Position numbers and translations under genes: made by a program
Part shown: positions 49,623 through 59,922 of the stretch, piece after piece
How the letters are laid out: each line of letters begins with the position of its first letter
Position numbering within the stretch: position 1 is the first letter of the stretch
The notes under the pieces: generated by a model
The model's database searches: none
The model's input: only the letters and a program-made list of their open reading frames with translations
What the model was told of the DNA's origin: nothing
DNA from: an uncultured delta proteobacterium
Lineage (GTDB): Bacteria > Myxococcota > Myxococcia > Myxococcales > Myxococcaceae
NCBI GenBank assembly: GCA_963796055.1
Contig: CAWCKH010000004.1
Location: 864,001 to 928,000, forward strand
Direction of reading: 5' to 3'
Length of the DNA: 64,000 nucleotides

Positions 49623-50865
49623 TGCCGGCTCAGGCGGTCAACGCAACACCTGGCCTACTGGGAGGTGGTGCATGGGCATCCGCTCGAAGCCGAGAGTTCT
49701 CGGAGACATCCGGCTGAAGCGGCGATTCCTCACCACCGCGGAACGACGCGTCATGCTGGAGCGCATGTTCGCTGGCTAGGATGTGAGAGCAGTCGCCGCC
49801 TCGTATGGGTTTTTCCACCTGTCGGTGCATCGGGTGTTTCGCACGACGGGCGGCGTGAAGCCTCGGTGGCGGCCGAGGTCGCCTCTTCGACTGTCTCGTG
49901 CGGAGCGAGACGAGATTCTCAGAGGCCTGAGTGGGGGAGAGTCCATCCGGTCCATTGCCCGCACCCTGGGCAGAGCTCCCTCGAGCATCAGCCGGGAGGT
50001 TCGGCGGAACGGGGGGCGCCGGCAGTATCGAGCCTGGCTCAGCGACGAGTACGCGTTGCGGCGGGCGAGACGGCCGAAGCCGACCAAACTCGCGATTCAT
50101 CCTCGGCTCCGTGAGGCAGTCGAGCGCATGCTGCTGAAGCGCTACTCACCCGAGCAAATTTCGGAGACCCTCAAACGCGAGTACCCCGACGACGCGGAGA
50201 TGCGCGTGTCTCACGAGGCCATCTACAGGTCGCTCTTCATCCAGGGCAAAGGAGCGCTTCGGAAGGAGCTCGCCAGGTACCTCCGAAGCGGTCGAGTGGT
50301 CCGACGCCCTCGAGCCAGAGCCCCGATCCGCGACCGCTTTGGAACGATGGTCAGCATCCGCGAGCGCCCTGCAGAAGCGTCGGACCGGGCCATCCCGGGG
50401 AGCTGGGAAGGCGACCTCCTGGTGGGGAAGAAGCAGACGGCGATGGCCACCCTCGTCGAGCGCAAGAGCCGTTTCGTCGTCTTGGTCGCGCTTCGGGAGG
50501 GGAAGGATGCCGGGCACGTACGAGAGGCTCTGACTCGAAAGGTCCTCACGCTTCCGGAACAGCTCCGACGTGCGTTGACCTGGGACCGAGGCGTGGAGAT
50601 GGCCCAACACGCCCGCTTCACGGTGGACACCAACGTCCAAATCTACTTCTGCGACCCGCACAGTCCCTGGCAGCGGGGGACGAACGAGAACACGAACGGT
50701 CTGCTGCGACAGTACTTCCCCAAGGGCACCGACCTCAGCGTCTTCACCGAAGAGGAGCTCGACGCAGTGGCTGCAGAGCTCAACGACCGACCTCGACAGA
50801 CGCTTGGGTGGATGCGACCCTCCGAGGTCCTCGCCCAGGCGTTGCAATGACCGCTTGAGACCGCC
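49623..50865 (+). mobile_element. IS30-family insertion sequence, 1243 bp
   Basis: 28-bp imperfect IRs at 49623-49650 and 50838-50865 (21/28); GAA direct repeat at 49620-49622 and 50866-50868. Confidence 0.9.
49672..50850 (+). pseudogene. IS30 transposase with an in-frame TAG at 49777-49779
   Basis: GGAGGT RBS then ATG 49672; same frame continues after the TAG; GSWEGDL, TWDRGVEMA, SPWQRGTNENTNGLLRQYFPKG DDE motifs. Confidence 0.85.
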
Positions 50866-51060
50866 GAAACGTGGGGACCCGAACGACGAGGTCGAGGCCA
50901 GGGCCGGAGTGACCGAGCGGCCCGGATCTCGTCCTGACCGGCTCCCGTCCGGGGCCAGGGCACCGCACCCGAGTCGGCGCGAAGGGAGCCGCGTCAGCCG
51001 AGCGTCGGTCGGCCTGAGCTCGGGCGGGTGGCTCGCCGCCGCAGGCTGGCCCCGCCCGGC

Positions 51061-52401
51061 TCAGGCCGCGGGCACCGCCACCACCCCGCCCCGCGCCGGC
51101 AACGCCCACAGGACCAGCATCCCGGAGACGCCCGAGACGAGCGAGCCGACCAGCACCCCCAGACGGGCCTGCTGCAGGCGGTCGGGGTCCCCACCGAAGG
51201 CGAGGTTGGCGATGAAGAGGGCCACGGTGAAGCCGATGCCCGCCACCATCGCCACCCCGTGGACCTGGCTCCAGGGGGCGCCGCCCGGGACCTCCGCCGC
51301 GCCCAGCTTCACCGCGCCCCAGGTGAAGGCGAAGATCCCCAGCTGCTTCCCCAGGAAGAGCCCCAGGGCAACGCCCAGGAACACCGGCGCAGTCAGGTCG
51401 GCGAGGGTCATTCCCTCCAGCGATACCCCCGCGTTGGCCAGCCCGAACAGGGGCATGATCAGGAACGCCACCCAGGGATGCAGGGCGTGCTCGAACCGCT
51501 GGAGCGGCGGCACCGCGTCCATCAGCTCGTCGTGCACGTAGAGGAGATCGCTGGTGTCCAGCCGCTCACTCACCTCGAGGGTCAGCACCGAGTGCTGCCG
51601 CAGCTCGGCCAGCACCTCGCGCGCCGGCCGCCGGGTCCCCGCGGGAACGAGCAGCCCCAGCAGCACCCCGGCCAGGGTCCCGTGCACCCCGGCGTGGTGG
51701 AACGCGATCCACATCGCCACTCCGGCGAGGGCGTAGACCAGCCAGGAATCCACCCCCATCCGTCCCGCGGCGAGAACCGCCACGGCCAGGAGCACCACCC
51801 AGCCGAGCGCGGCCACGTCCAGCCCGTCTCCATAGAAGAAGGCGATCACCAGGATGCCGGCGATGTCGTCGAAGATCGCCAGCGCGGTGAGGAAGACCAG
51901 CAGCGGCCGCGGGACCCGTCGGCCGAGGAGCACGATGCAGCCGATGGAGAAGGCGATGTCGGTGGCCATCGGGATGGCCCAGCCCCTCTCCCCCGGCGTC
52001 CCGCGGTTGAGGAGGAAGAAGATGGTCGCTGGCAGGAGCACGCCGCCGCTGGCGGCGATGGCGGGCAGAAGCGCCTGACGCAGGGTGCGGAGCTCTCCCT
52101 CCACCAGCTCCCGCTTGATCTCCATGCCCACGACGAAGAAGAAGATCGTCATCAGCCCGTCGTCGATCACCTGGCGCAGGCTGGCGTGAAAGCCGAGGTC
52201 TCCGAACGTGACCTGGACCGGCGTGGTCCATAGCCGCTCGAACTCGGCGTGCCAGGGCGAGTTCGCCAGCGCGAACGCCACCACCGCCGCGCCGAAGAGC
52301 ACGATCCCCCCCGCCGCCTCCAGCCGGGTGAACGCCCGGACAGGGTCGAGCACGATGGACTGGAAGATCGGCGGTGGTAGGCGGCGTGCTTGCTCGGCCA
52401 T
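51061..52401 (-). CDS. nhaA: Na+/H+ antiporter NhaA
   Basis: [46 protein letters not shown]. Confidence 0.96.
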   Translation of the reverse strand: MAEQARRLPPPIFQSIVLDPVRAFTRLEAAGGIVLFGAAVVAFALANSPWHAEFERLWTTPVQVTFGDLGFHASLRQVIDDGLMTIFFFVVGMEIKRELVEGELRTLRQALLPAIAASGGVLLPATIFFLLNRGTPGERGWAIPMATDIAFSIGCIVLLGRRVPRPLLVFLTALAIFDDIAGILVIAFFYGDGLDVAALGWVVLLAVAVLAAGRMGVDSWLVYALAGVAMWIAFHHAGVHGTLAGVLLGLLVPAGTRRPAREVLAELRQHSVLTLEVSERLDTSDLLYVHDELMDAVPPLQRFEHALHPWVAFLIMPLFGLANAGVSLEGMTLADLTAPVFLGVALGLFLGKQLGIFAFTWGAVKLGAAEVPGGAPWSQVHGVAMVAGIGFTVALFIANLAFGGDPDRLQQARLGVLVGSLVSGVSGMLVLWALPARGGVVAVPAA

Positions 52402-52451
52402 TGCCGGCGCACCATACCGACTCGCCGCTTCGGGGCCAGCCCCGGGTCCGC

Positions 52452-52964
52452 TCAGCGGGTGCTGAGCAGCTCGGCGTCGTCGCGCCGGTTCGCGGCGTGC
52501 GACTCGGCATCGTGGCCGGTGGCGACCGGATGCTCCTCGCCGTAGCTGATGGTGTCCACCCTCGAGGCGGACACGCCGAGGTCGACCAGGTACTTCCGCG
52601 CCACCTCGGCCCGTCGCTGCCCGAGCGCCAGGTTGTACTCCACCGTCCCCAGCTCGTCGCAGTTCCCGGCGACGCGGATCCGCGCCGCGTTGTGCGCCTT
52701 CATCGCGCTGCTCAGGACCTGCAGCTTCTGGCGGTCCTGGGCGGTGAGCTGCGCCTGGTCGAACTCGAAGTGGGCGATGGGTCCGGAGAGGATGCGCTGG
52801 ATCTCCGCGGTGTCGTCCGCCTGGTCCTTCTCGGGTGCGGCGGCCACCGGCGGAGCGGCCTCCGCGACCACCGGGGGCGCGGGGGGTGCCTCGGCGGCCT
52901 GCTGGTGTGCGCAGACGGCGAGGGCGAGGGGGGCCAACCACAGCAGGCGGACGGCGGAGCGCAT
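52452..52964 (-). CDS. Pal-like OmpA-family peptidoglycan-associated lipoprotein
   Basis: [36 protein letters not shown]; atypical lipobox LAVC. Confidence 0.88.
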   Translation of the reverse strand: MRSAVRLLWLAPLALAVCAHQQAAEAPPAPPVVAEAAPPVAAAPEKDQADDTAEIQRILSGPIAHFEFDQAQLTAQDRQKLQVLSSAMKAHNAARIRVAGNCDELGTVEYNLALGQRRAEVARKYLVDLGVSASRVDTISYGEEHPVATGHDAESHAANRRDDAELLSTR

Positions 52965-53120
52965 CGAGAGACCTCCGGGAGAGCGAGCGGGCGAATGAAC
53001 GCCTCCTTCCGTATCGCAATCCCGACACTCGGCGCGCCCCGTCGGCCCCTTGGGCTCCCACGGGTGTTGGTTGCCGGACGGTGTTCCTGCTCGGCGGTTG
53101 CGGTAGGTTCGCGTGCGCGG

Positions 53121-53597
53121 GTGAGAGCCCTCCTCCAGCGCGTTCGACAGGCTTCGGTCACGGTCGACGGCCGCGCCGTGGGCGCCATCGGGCCGGGTCT
53201 GCTGGTCTTCCTGGGGGTGGGCAAGGGCGACGGCGAGGGAGAGGCGCTGGCGCTCGCCGACCGCGTCGCCGGACTCCGCATCTTCGAGGACGCCGCGGGG
53301 AAGATGAACCTCTCGCTGCTGGACACCCACCGGACGGCGCTGGTGGTGAGCCAGTTCACCCTGTACGCCGACACCCGGAAGGGTCGCCGCCCGAGCTTCG
53401 TCGACGCCGCGCCCCCGGACGAGGCGCGCCGGCTCTATGCCCGGGCGTGCGAGGCGCTCCGCGCGCTCGGGGTGCAGGTCGAGGAGGGCGTGTTCGCCGC
53501 ACAGATGCAGGTGGCCCTGGTCAACGACGGACCGGTCACCATCCTGCTGGACCAGCCGGCGGCTCCACCTCGCTCACCTGCCCGCCCTCGCGGGTGA
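53121..53597 (+). CDS. dtd: D-aminoacyl-tRNA deacylase
   Basis: RALLQRV, SQFTL, GRRPSF, NDGPVT. Confidence 0.96.
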   Translation: MRALLQRVRQASVTVDGRAVGAIGPGLLVFLGVGKGDGEGEALALADRVAGLRIFEDAAGKMNLSLLDTHRTALVVSQFTLYADTRKGRRPSFVDAAPPDEARRLYARACEALRALGVQVEEGVFAAQMQVALVNDGPVTILLDQPAAPPRSPARPRG

Positions 53598-54412
53598 CCA
53601 ATGAGGTGAGGCCGTGCCCGGCCGCCGCCGCGCCGCGGATGAGCCGGCTCAGCTCTCCCACCTCGCGCACCCAGCCGTTGGCGGTGGGGCCGAGGCCGCT
53701 GAAGGCCACGCTCAAGGTCGGGGCCTCGGGCAGCTGGCCGGACCAGTACGCGCGCAGCTCCTCCGCCTCGCGCAGGCTCACCGGCCCGAGGCGGGTGCGC
53801 TCGCGCGCCAGGAGATTGGCGAGCTGCTCGTCCAGCCGCCGCGCCCACGCCTGGACCGCGTGGGAGGGGCGGTAGCTCCAGTCGGCGATGGCCAGGTTCT
53901 CGGGCGGGGCGTAGGTGCTCCGGCCCACCGTGACCAGCACCTGGTCCGGCGGGAAGGGCGGGAACGGGTCCCAGATGCCGGCGATCAGCGCCACCGGACC
54001 GCTCCTGATCACCCTCCCCAGCCATTCCTCCCGGAAGCGCTCGGCGGCCCGCGCGTCCGCGTAGGGGTAGCTCGGGATCCTGCACCATCAGCGCCACGTG
54101 CAGCCCCAGCTCGTAGCTGGCCGCGTAGCCGGGGTGCTCGCGCGCCACGTGCCAGCCGTCGGGGCGGCGCTCCCACTCGGAGAAGAGGAGCACGTGCACC
54201 AGTTCCAGCCACTGATCGTCGACCAGCCCGAAGAAGCTGCCGCCCACGGTGCGGTCCAGCACCTGCCCGAGCTGCCAGGCCACCCGCTCGTCGGCGATCC
54301 ACTCCAGCAGCTTCCCCAGCCCGCCCGCGGCGTCGACCACGCCCACCGCGAGGGCGGGGAACGCCACCTCCTCGAGGAACACGTCGTGGACCGGTCGGAT
54401 GACCAGGTTCAC
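53536..54412 (-). pseudogene. Hypothetical protein (about 290 aa) with a +1 frameshift near 54075
   Basis: HVALMVQDP continues as SYPYADARAAERFREEWLGRVIRSGP after removing one base; GTGA coupling to ptsN. Confidence 0.7.
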
Positions 54413-54870
54413 GCGCGCGCGTCTTCCTCGGCGATCAGCGCGTAGATGCGCCCGGCATCCGGGGCCTGGAGGATGGCCTGGCGGAACTCCGGATTGCGGA
54501 ACAGCCGCGAGATGCGCGCCAGCGCCTTGAGGTGGATGCCGGCGGAGTTCTCGGGCGCGACCAGGGCGAAGAACAGCTGGGTGGGCTTGCTGTCGATCGA
54601 CTGGAAGTCGACACCCTCCCGGGCCACTCCGAACGAGGCGTAGAGCCGGGGCAGCCCAGGGAGCTTCCCGTGCGGGATGGCCACGCCCTCGCCGATGCCG
54701 GTGGTGTTCAGCTTCTCGCGCTCGGTGAGCACCTCCAGCACCCGCCCCCCGTTCAGCGGCGGATAGGCCGCGGCGAGAGCGTCCGACAGCTCACGGAGGA
54801 TGTCCTGCTTCATCCGCCCGGTGAGGTCGGGGATCACCGCCTGAGGGCTGAGGAACTCGGTGATCTTCAT
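54409..54870 (-). CDS. ptsN: PTS EIIA (nitrogen-regulatory type)
   Basis: EREKLNTTGIGEGVAIPHG, HLKALARISR. Confidence 0.92.
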   Translation of the reverse strand: MKITEFLSPQAVIPDLTGRMKQDILRELSDALAAAYPPLNGGRVLEVLTEREKLNTTGIGEGVAIPHGKLPGLPRLYASFGVAREGVDFQSIDSKPTQLFFALVAPENSAGIHLKALARISRLFRNPEFRQAILQAPDAGRIYALIAEEDARA

Positions 54871-54942
54871 GTGCACGAGCGCTGGGCGCGCGTCCGCGCG
54901 AGATAGCCCGTGCCTGCGAACGGTGCAAGGCTGCCCCGGCGC

Positions 54943-55308
54943 TCAGGCCGCGCCGTCCAGAGCCGCCTCCCCCTCCTCGGGCGGGAGCGCGTCCTGCTGG
55001 TGGTGCACCCATGCGCGGCGGTGGTGGTGCTTGGCGCGGTCCCTGTCCCGCCGCAGCTGTTCCTCGAGGCAGTCCACCGCGAGGTCGACCGAGGCGAACA
55101 TGTCCGGGGTGGCCACCTTGGCACGGAGCACCAGCGGCCCGGTGGTGAAGGTCAGGTCGGCGTGGTGGATGTGCCGTTCCAGAGCCATCACCACGTGCGC
55201 CGCACAGGCCCGGTCCAGGTTCTTCGCCAGCCGCTCCAGCCTCTCGCGCGTGTGGTCCTTCAGGGACTCGGACGCCTCGAAGTTGCGGAAGGTGATGGCG
55301 AGGTGCAT
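54943..55308 (-). CDS. hpf: Ribosome hibernation promoting factor (RaiA/HPF)
   Basis: ITFRNFEASESLK, DMFASVDLAVD.LE.QLRR; lies upstream of ptsN. Confidence 0.88.
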   Translation of the reverse strand: MHLAITFRNFEASESLKDHTRERLERLAKNLDRACAAHVVMALERHIHHADLTFTTGPLVLRAKVATPDMFASVDLAVDCLEEQLRRDRDRAKHHHRRAWVHHQQDALPPEEGEAALDGAA

Positions 55309-55415
55309 GGCGCAGGGCCTCCAGTGCCGCTGTTGGGGTGGAACGTCACATGGCCGTCATGATGACAGATCGCTCCGGCCCCGCACGCAACCCCCCGTCT
55401 GGGACCCCATTCCGG

Positions 55416-56105
55416 TCAGTGACTGGCCGGGCTCGCCTGGCTCAGGACGATGCCCTTCGGGTCCACCCACTGCAGGGCGGCCGAGACGGTGAAGCGCGGG
55501 CCCTTGGCGTGGAAGGTGAGGCGGCGGCCGTCCTCGGACACCGCGCCCGGGCCCCAGGCGGTGTACTCGCCGTCCAGCAGGAGCAGGCCCTGCACCACCG
55601 ACCACCGGCCGCGGCTCTCGCCGAACGTGTAGCTGCCGTCGCCGTGGAGCAGCAGCGAGGCGAAGGTGCTCGCCACCGGGGCGCCGTCGATGGCGTAGGC
55701 GGCCATCTGGTAGCGGGCCAGCACCCCGGCCTCGGGATCGGCCGGGAGCGCCTCGAACGGCGACCGCGGGCTCGCCTGGGCCAGGGTGCCGGTCTGGCGC
55801 ACCTCGAGGGCCACCGAGACGCTGTTCACCCCGGTGACCTTGACCTCGTAGAGCGCCCCGGAACCGTCGCGGACCTCACAGGCCGCGCCAGCCACCACCT
55901 GCGACTTCGGCCCGAAGGCGTCCCCGGCCACGCAGCGGATGCCGTACTTCGCCGCCAGCAGCCGGGACTGGACCACCAGGTCGGCCGACGACGGGTCGGC
56001 CAGCGCCTGGGTGCGCAGGTCGATGCCGCGCGAGAGGGGGACGAGCACGGGCGCGGCCTGGACGGCGGCCGGCACGAGGGCGAGGGCGAAGAGCAGGGGG
56101 CGCAT
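55416..56105 (-). CDS. Secreted hypothetical protein
   Basis: Signal peptide MRPLLFALALVPAAVQA; GC-rich third codon positions; beta-rich sequence. Confidence 0.7.
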   Translation of the reverse strand: MRPLLFALALVPAAVQAAPVLVPLSRGIDLRTQALADPSSADLVVQSRLLAAKYGIRCVAGDAFGPKSQVVAGAACEVRDGSGALYEVKVTGVNSVSVALEVRQTGTLAQASPRSPFEALPADPEAGVLARYQMAAYAIDGAPVASTFASLLLHGDGSYTFGESRGRWSVVQGLLLLDGEYTAWGPGAVSEDGRRLTFHAKGPRFTVSAALQWVDPKGIVLSQASPASH

Positions 56106-56275
56106 GTCGGCGGAGAGACGCTTGCAGGCCCCGGGCCGTCGCCCCTCAGAGGGAAGGAAAACGGCGCCCCTGGGTGTTTGTCTGCTGGCGGGTGTTGCCG
56201 GACCTGAGCCAGGAGCCAGATTCGGTTGACATCTCCCCGCTGTCCCACCTACGGGGACGCCCGCCTCTTGTCCAA

Positions 56276-58345
56276 ATGACCCCTCGCCTCCTCGCCCCGA
56301 CCCTCCTGGCAGTCCTCGTCTCCGCCCCGGCCGTTCGCGCCGAGGAGGGGATGTGGACCTTCGACAACTTCCCCAGCGCCCGCGTCCAGAAGACGTACGG
56401 CTTCTCGCCCGACCCCGCGTGGCTCGACCACGTCCGGCTGTCGAGCGTGCGGCTGGCACTGGGCTGCTCCGGGAGCTTCGTCTCGCCGGACGGCCTGGTG
56501 ATGACCAACCACCACTGCGCCCGCCGCTGCATCCAGGACCTGTCGACGCCGCAGCAGGACCTGACCGCCAGCGGGTTCTACGCCAGGACCCAGGCCGAGG
56601 AGCGGACCTGTCCGCGGATGGAGATCAACCAGCTCATCGGCATGCAGGACGTGACCGCCCGGGTGCAGGGCGCGACCCGGGGGCTCTCGGGCGAGGCGTT
56701 CAACCGGGCCCAGAAGGCCGAGTTCACGCGCATCGAGAAGGCCTGCCAGACCTCGGAGCAGCTGCGGTGCGAGGTGGTCACGCTGTACCACGGTGGGCAG
56801 TACACGCTGTACATCTACAAGCGCTGGAAGAAGGACGTGCGGCTGGTCTTCGCCCCCGAGGAGTCCATCGCCTTCTTCGGTGGAGACCCGGACAACTTCA
56901 ACTTCCCCCGCTACGACATGGACGTCAGCTTCGTCCGCGTCTACGAGGACGGCAAGCCGCTGCAGACGCCGGACCACTTCCGCTGGAGCGAGGGCGGCCC
57001 GCGCGACGGCGAGCTGACCTTCGTCTCCGGCAACCCGGGGCACACCAGCCGGCTCTTGACGGTGGCGCAGCTCGAATCGCTCCGGGACGAGATGATTCCG
57101 CTCAAGCTCCAGCGCCTGGCCCAGGAGCGTGGCTGGCTGGCGCAGTTCGCCGAGCGCAGCGCCGAGGCGCGCCGGATCAGCCGGGACAGGCTGTTCGGGG
57201 TGGAGAACGCGTACAAGGCCTGGTTCGGCCGCCGGACCGCGCTCCTCGATCCGGTGCTCTTCGGCTCCAAGGTGAAGGAGGAGCAATCGCTCCGGGCTCG
57301 GGTGCCAAAGATTCGGGCGTGGGATGCCATCGCCCGGGCGACGCGGACCGAGGAGAAGCTGGAGCCGGAGACCACCTGGATCCGCTCGGAGAACAAGTAC
57401 TACTCGGAGCTGTTCGGCATCGCGCGCAATCTGGTCTGGGGCGTGGCCGAGCGGCAGAAGCCGGACACCGAGCGCTACCGCGAGTTCACCGACGCCCGGT
57501 TGCCGGCCACCGAGCTGGTCACGTTCAGCAAGGCGCCCATCTACCCCGAGCTGGAGGTGGAGCAGCTCACCCTGGGCCTGACCAAGATGCGCGAGGAGCT
57601 CGGAGCGGACCACCCCTACGTCAAGAAGGTGCTGGGGAAGGACTCGCCCCGGCAGCTCGCCACCCGGGTGGTGCAGGGCACGAAGCTCTACGACGTGGCG
57701 CTGCGTCGGCAGCTGTGGAACGGCGGCCCGGCGGGGATTGCCGCCTCGGACGACCCGATGATCGCCCTGGTCCGACGGCTGGACCCGGACATGCGCGCCG
57801 CACGGAAGGCGTACGAGGTCCAGGTGGAGTCGGTGGTGCGGAAGAACTCCGAGCTCATCGCCAAGGCGCGGTTCCGCCTCGACGGGACCAGCACCTACCC
57901 CGACGCGACCTTCACCGCCCGGCTCTCCTACGGATCGGTGCGCGGCTGGACCCGCGAGGACGGACGGCACATCGCGCCGTTCACCGACTTCGCCGGGGCC
58001 TTCAACCGGGCCACCGGGGAACCGCCGTTCGACCTGCCGCAGTCGTGGCTGAAGGCCAAGGAACGGCTGACGCCCACCACCCCGTTCGACTTCGTGACCA
58101 CCAACGACATCATCGGCGGCAACTCGGGGTCGCCGGTGATCAACCGCAACGCGGAGATCGTCGGCCTGGTGTTCGACGGCAACCTGCCCTCGCTGGGCGG
58201 TGACTACGGGTTCGACATCCGGAACAACCGGACGGTGGCCGTGGACAGCCGGGCGCTGACCGAGGCGCTGCGGGTGGTGTACGGGGCGGACCGGCTGGTC
58301 CAGGAGCTCCAGCCCCCGTCGGCCCACACCGGCGGGCCCCGGTAG
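56276..58345 (+). CDS. S46 family dipeptidyl peptidase
   Basis: EEGMW, TNHHC, FGGDPDNF, DIIGGNSGSP; signal peptide. Confidence 0.95.
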   Translation: MTPRLLAPTLLAVLVSAPAVRAEEGMWTFDNFPSARVQKTYGFSPDPAWLDHVRLSSVRLALGCSGSFVSPDGLVMTNHHCARRCIQDLSTPQQDLTASGFYARTQAEERTCPRMEINQLIGMQDVTARVQGATRGLSGEAFNRAQKAEFTRIEKACQTSEQLRCEVVTLYHGGQYTLYIYKRWKKDVRLVFAPEESIAFFGGDPDNFNFPRYDMDVSFVRVYEDGKPLQTPDHFRWSEGGPRDGELTFVSGNPGHTSRLLTVAQLESLRDEMIPLKLQRLAQERGWLAQFAERSAEARRISRDRLFGVENAYKAWFGRRTALLDPVLFGSKVKEEQSLRARVPKIRAWDAIARATRTEEKLEPETTWIRSENKYYSELFGIARNLVWGVAERQKPDTERYREFTDARLPATELVTFSKAPIYPELEVEQLTLGLTKMREELGADHPYVKKVLGKDSPRQLATRVVQGTKLYDVALRRQLWNGGPAGIAASDDPMIALVRRLDPDMRAARKAYEVQVESVVRKNSELIAKARFRLDGTSTYPDATFTARLSYGSVRGWTREDGRHIAPFTDFAGAFNRATGEPPFDLPQSWLKAKERLTPTTPFDFVTTNDIIGGNSGSPVINRNAEIVGLVFDGNLPSLGGDYGFDIRNNRTVAVDSRALTEALRVVYGADRLVQELQPPSAHTGGPR

Positions 58346-58386
58346 CAGTCACGACAGCCGGGATGTTACCTGCCCGGCGGCGTGCT

Positions 58387-59883
58387 TCAGTGGAGGAGCG
58401 ACTCGAGCGGCTTGTCGGGCGTGGTCTTCTGCTTGCGGGTCCACTCGATGACCGGGGTCTGGGCGACGACGCCGGTCTCGCCGGGGTTCGGGTCCAGCCG
58501 CTCGAAGGGGAAGTTGTCCCCGCCGAAGTAGAGGTACTCGAACGTGGCCACCGAGTACGTCCCTTCCGGATCCAGCGGCTTGCCCTTCACCGTCCAGCCG
58601 TTCCCGTGCTTCGCCGCGCCGTCGTACACCGCCGCCGGGTTCTCCAGCACCGTGACCAGATCCTTGCCCTTGAGCTTGACCGTCAGCAGCGAGTTGTCGA
58701 ACGGCATGACGGTGTAGACCGCCGCCGGGGTGATGGGCCCGGGGGGAACGCCCCCGCGGAAGCCCTTGCGGTTGAGCACGGTGAGGTCGGTGTTCACCCG
58801 CTCGCGGATGGCGCGCCCGTACCAGGTGAAGAGGGTCTGCGAGTTCGCGTCGATGCCGCTCCGGGTGTAGCCGATCTTCTCGCCCAGCGCCTGGTCGTGC
58901 TTCTTGACCCAGGTCTGCACGCGGGCTGCGAGCTCGGGGTCGGGCGGAGGCGCTCCCGGCGCGCCCACCACGTCCAGCACCTTGGTCTCCAGCCCCACCA
59001 GCCGCTGCCCCGCGGGACGGCTCGGGTCCACCGTGAGCTCGGCGCGCAGGTACTTCTCCCAGCGGCGGCCCGGGGTCACCAGCGGGGTGGTCCCCACCTT
59101 CCGCTCCACCGGCGTGTGGCAGTGGCCGCCGGCCAGGAACGCCAGCTTCCACTCCGGGTGCTTGGCGACGATCGGCTCCAGCACCGTGGGGCACTCGTCG
59201 GCGATGACGATCACCACGTCCGCCCCCGCCTTGCGGACCGCCGGAATGGCCTTCTGGAGCGCCGGCTCGTAGGGCACGACCTCGTTCCCGTAGAAGCGGC
59301 CCGACATCACCGTCTTCGCCACGTTGGCGGCGGAGAGGGCGACCACGCCGATCTTCACGCCCCCGCGGTGGAAGATGGCGAAGGGCTTCACTCCGAGGTC
59401 GTAGTCCTTGTCCGCCTTCTTCGTCGGGGGCCGGATGTTCGCCGAGAGGTAAGGGAAGCCGCCCATGTCCCGCAGCTTGTCGAACTGGTCGCGCCCGAAG
59501 TCGAGCTCGTGGTTCCCCATGCCGCTGGCGGCGTAGCCCATGCGGGCCATGGCCTCGGCCACCGGAGCGCCCTGGAACACCGAGGAGATCGACGGGCCGT
59601 TGAAGTGATCCCCGGTGGAGAGGACCAGCGTCTTGCCGTCCTTGCACGCCGGTGCGCCGTCCTTGCCGACCTTCCCCGGGCAGTGGCCCTCCTTGGTCCA
59701 GTAGCCCAGCGTCTCGGCGGCCCCGCCCCTCGGCGGCTCGACCTCGGTGTTGGGGAGGACGTGACCGTTCTCGTCCCCGGTCACCAGGACGACGACGGTC
59801 TGGGGAGCGGCCGCGGCGGGAGCCAGCGGAGCAGCCAGTGACACTGCAACGACGAGGGCCGGAGCGAGGGCTGGGAGGCGCAT
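58387..59883 (-). CDS. Secreted 5'-nucleotidase-like metallophosphoesterase
   Basis: TGDHFNG, GNHELDFG, GGHCH, C-terminal MPFDN domain. Confidence 0.88.
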   Translation of the reverse strand: MRLPALAPALVVAVSLAAPLAPAAAAPQTVVVLVTGDENGHVLPNTEVEPPRGGAAETLGYWTKEGHCPGKVGKDGAPACKDGKTLVLSTGDHFNGPSISSVFQGAPVAEAMARMGYAASGMGNHELDFGRDQFDKLRDMGGFPYLSANIRPPTKKADKDYDLGVKPFAIFHRGGVKIGVVALSAANVAKTVMSGRFYGNEVVPYEPALQKAIPAVRKAGADVVIVIADECPTVLEPIVAKHPEWKLAFLAGGHCHTPVERKVGTTPLVTPGRRWEKYLRAELTVDPSRPAGQRLVGLETKVLDVVGAPGAPPPDPELAARVQTWVKKHDQALGEKIGYTRSGIDANSQTLFTWYGRAIRERVNTDLTVLNRKGFRGGVPPGPITPAAVYTVMPFDNSLLTVKLKGKDLVTVLENPAAVYDGAAKHGNGWTVKGKPLDPEGTYSVATFEYLYFGGDNFPFERLDPNPGETGVVAQTPVIEWTRKQKTTPDKPLESLLH

Positions 59884-59922
59884 CGGGCCCGGGGGGCTAC
59901 CACATCCCAGGGCGGCCGGGGA

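Noticed and set aside
49777..49779. Pyrrolysine or programmed readthrough of the transposase TAG
   Set aside because: No pyl genes seen, and TAG is used as a normal stop by many genes here; a nonsense mutation is simpler
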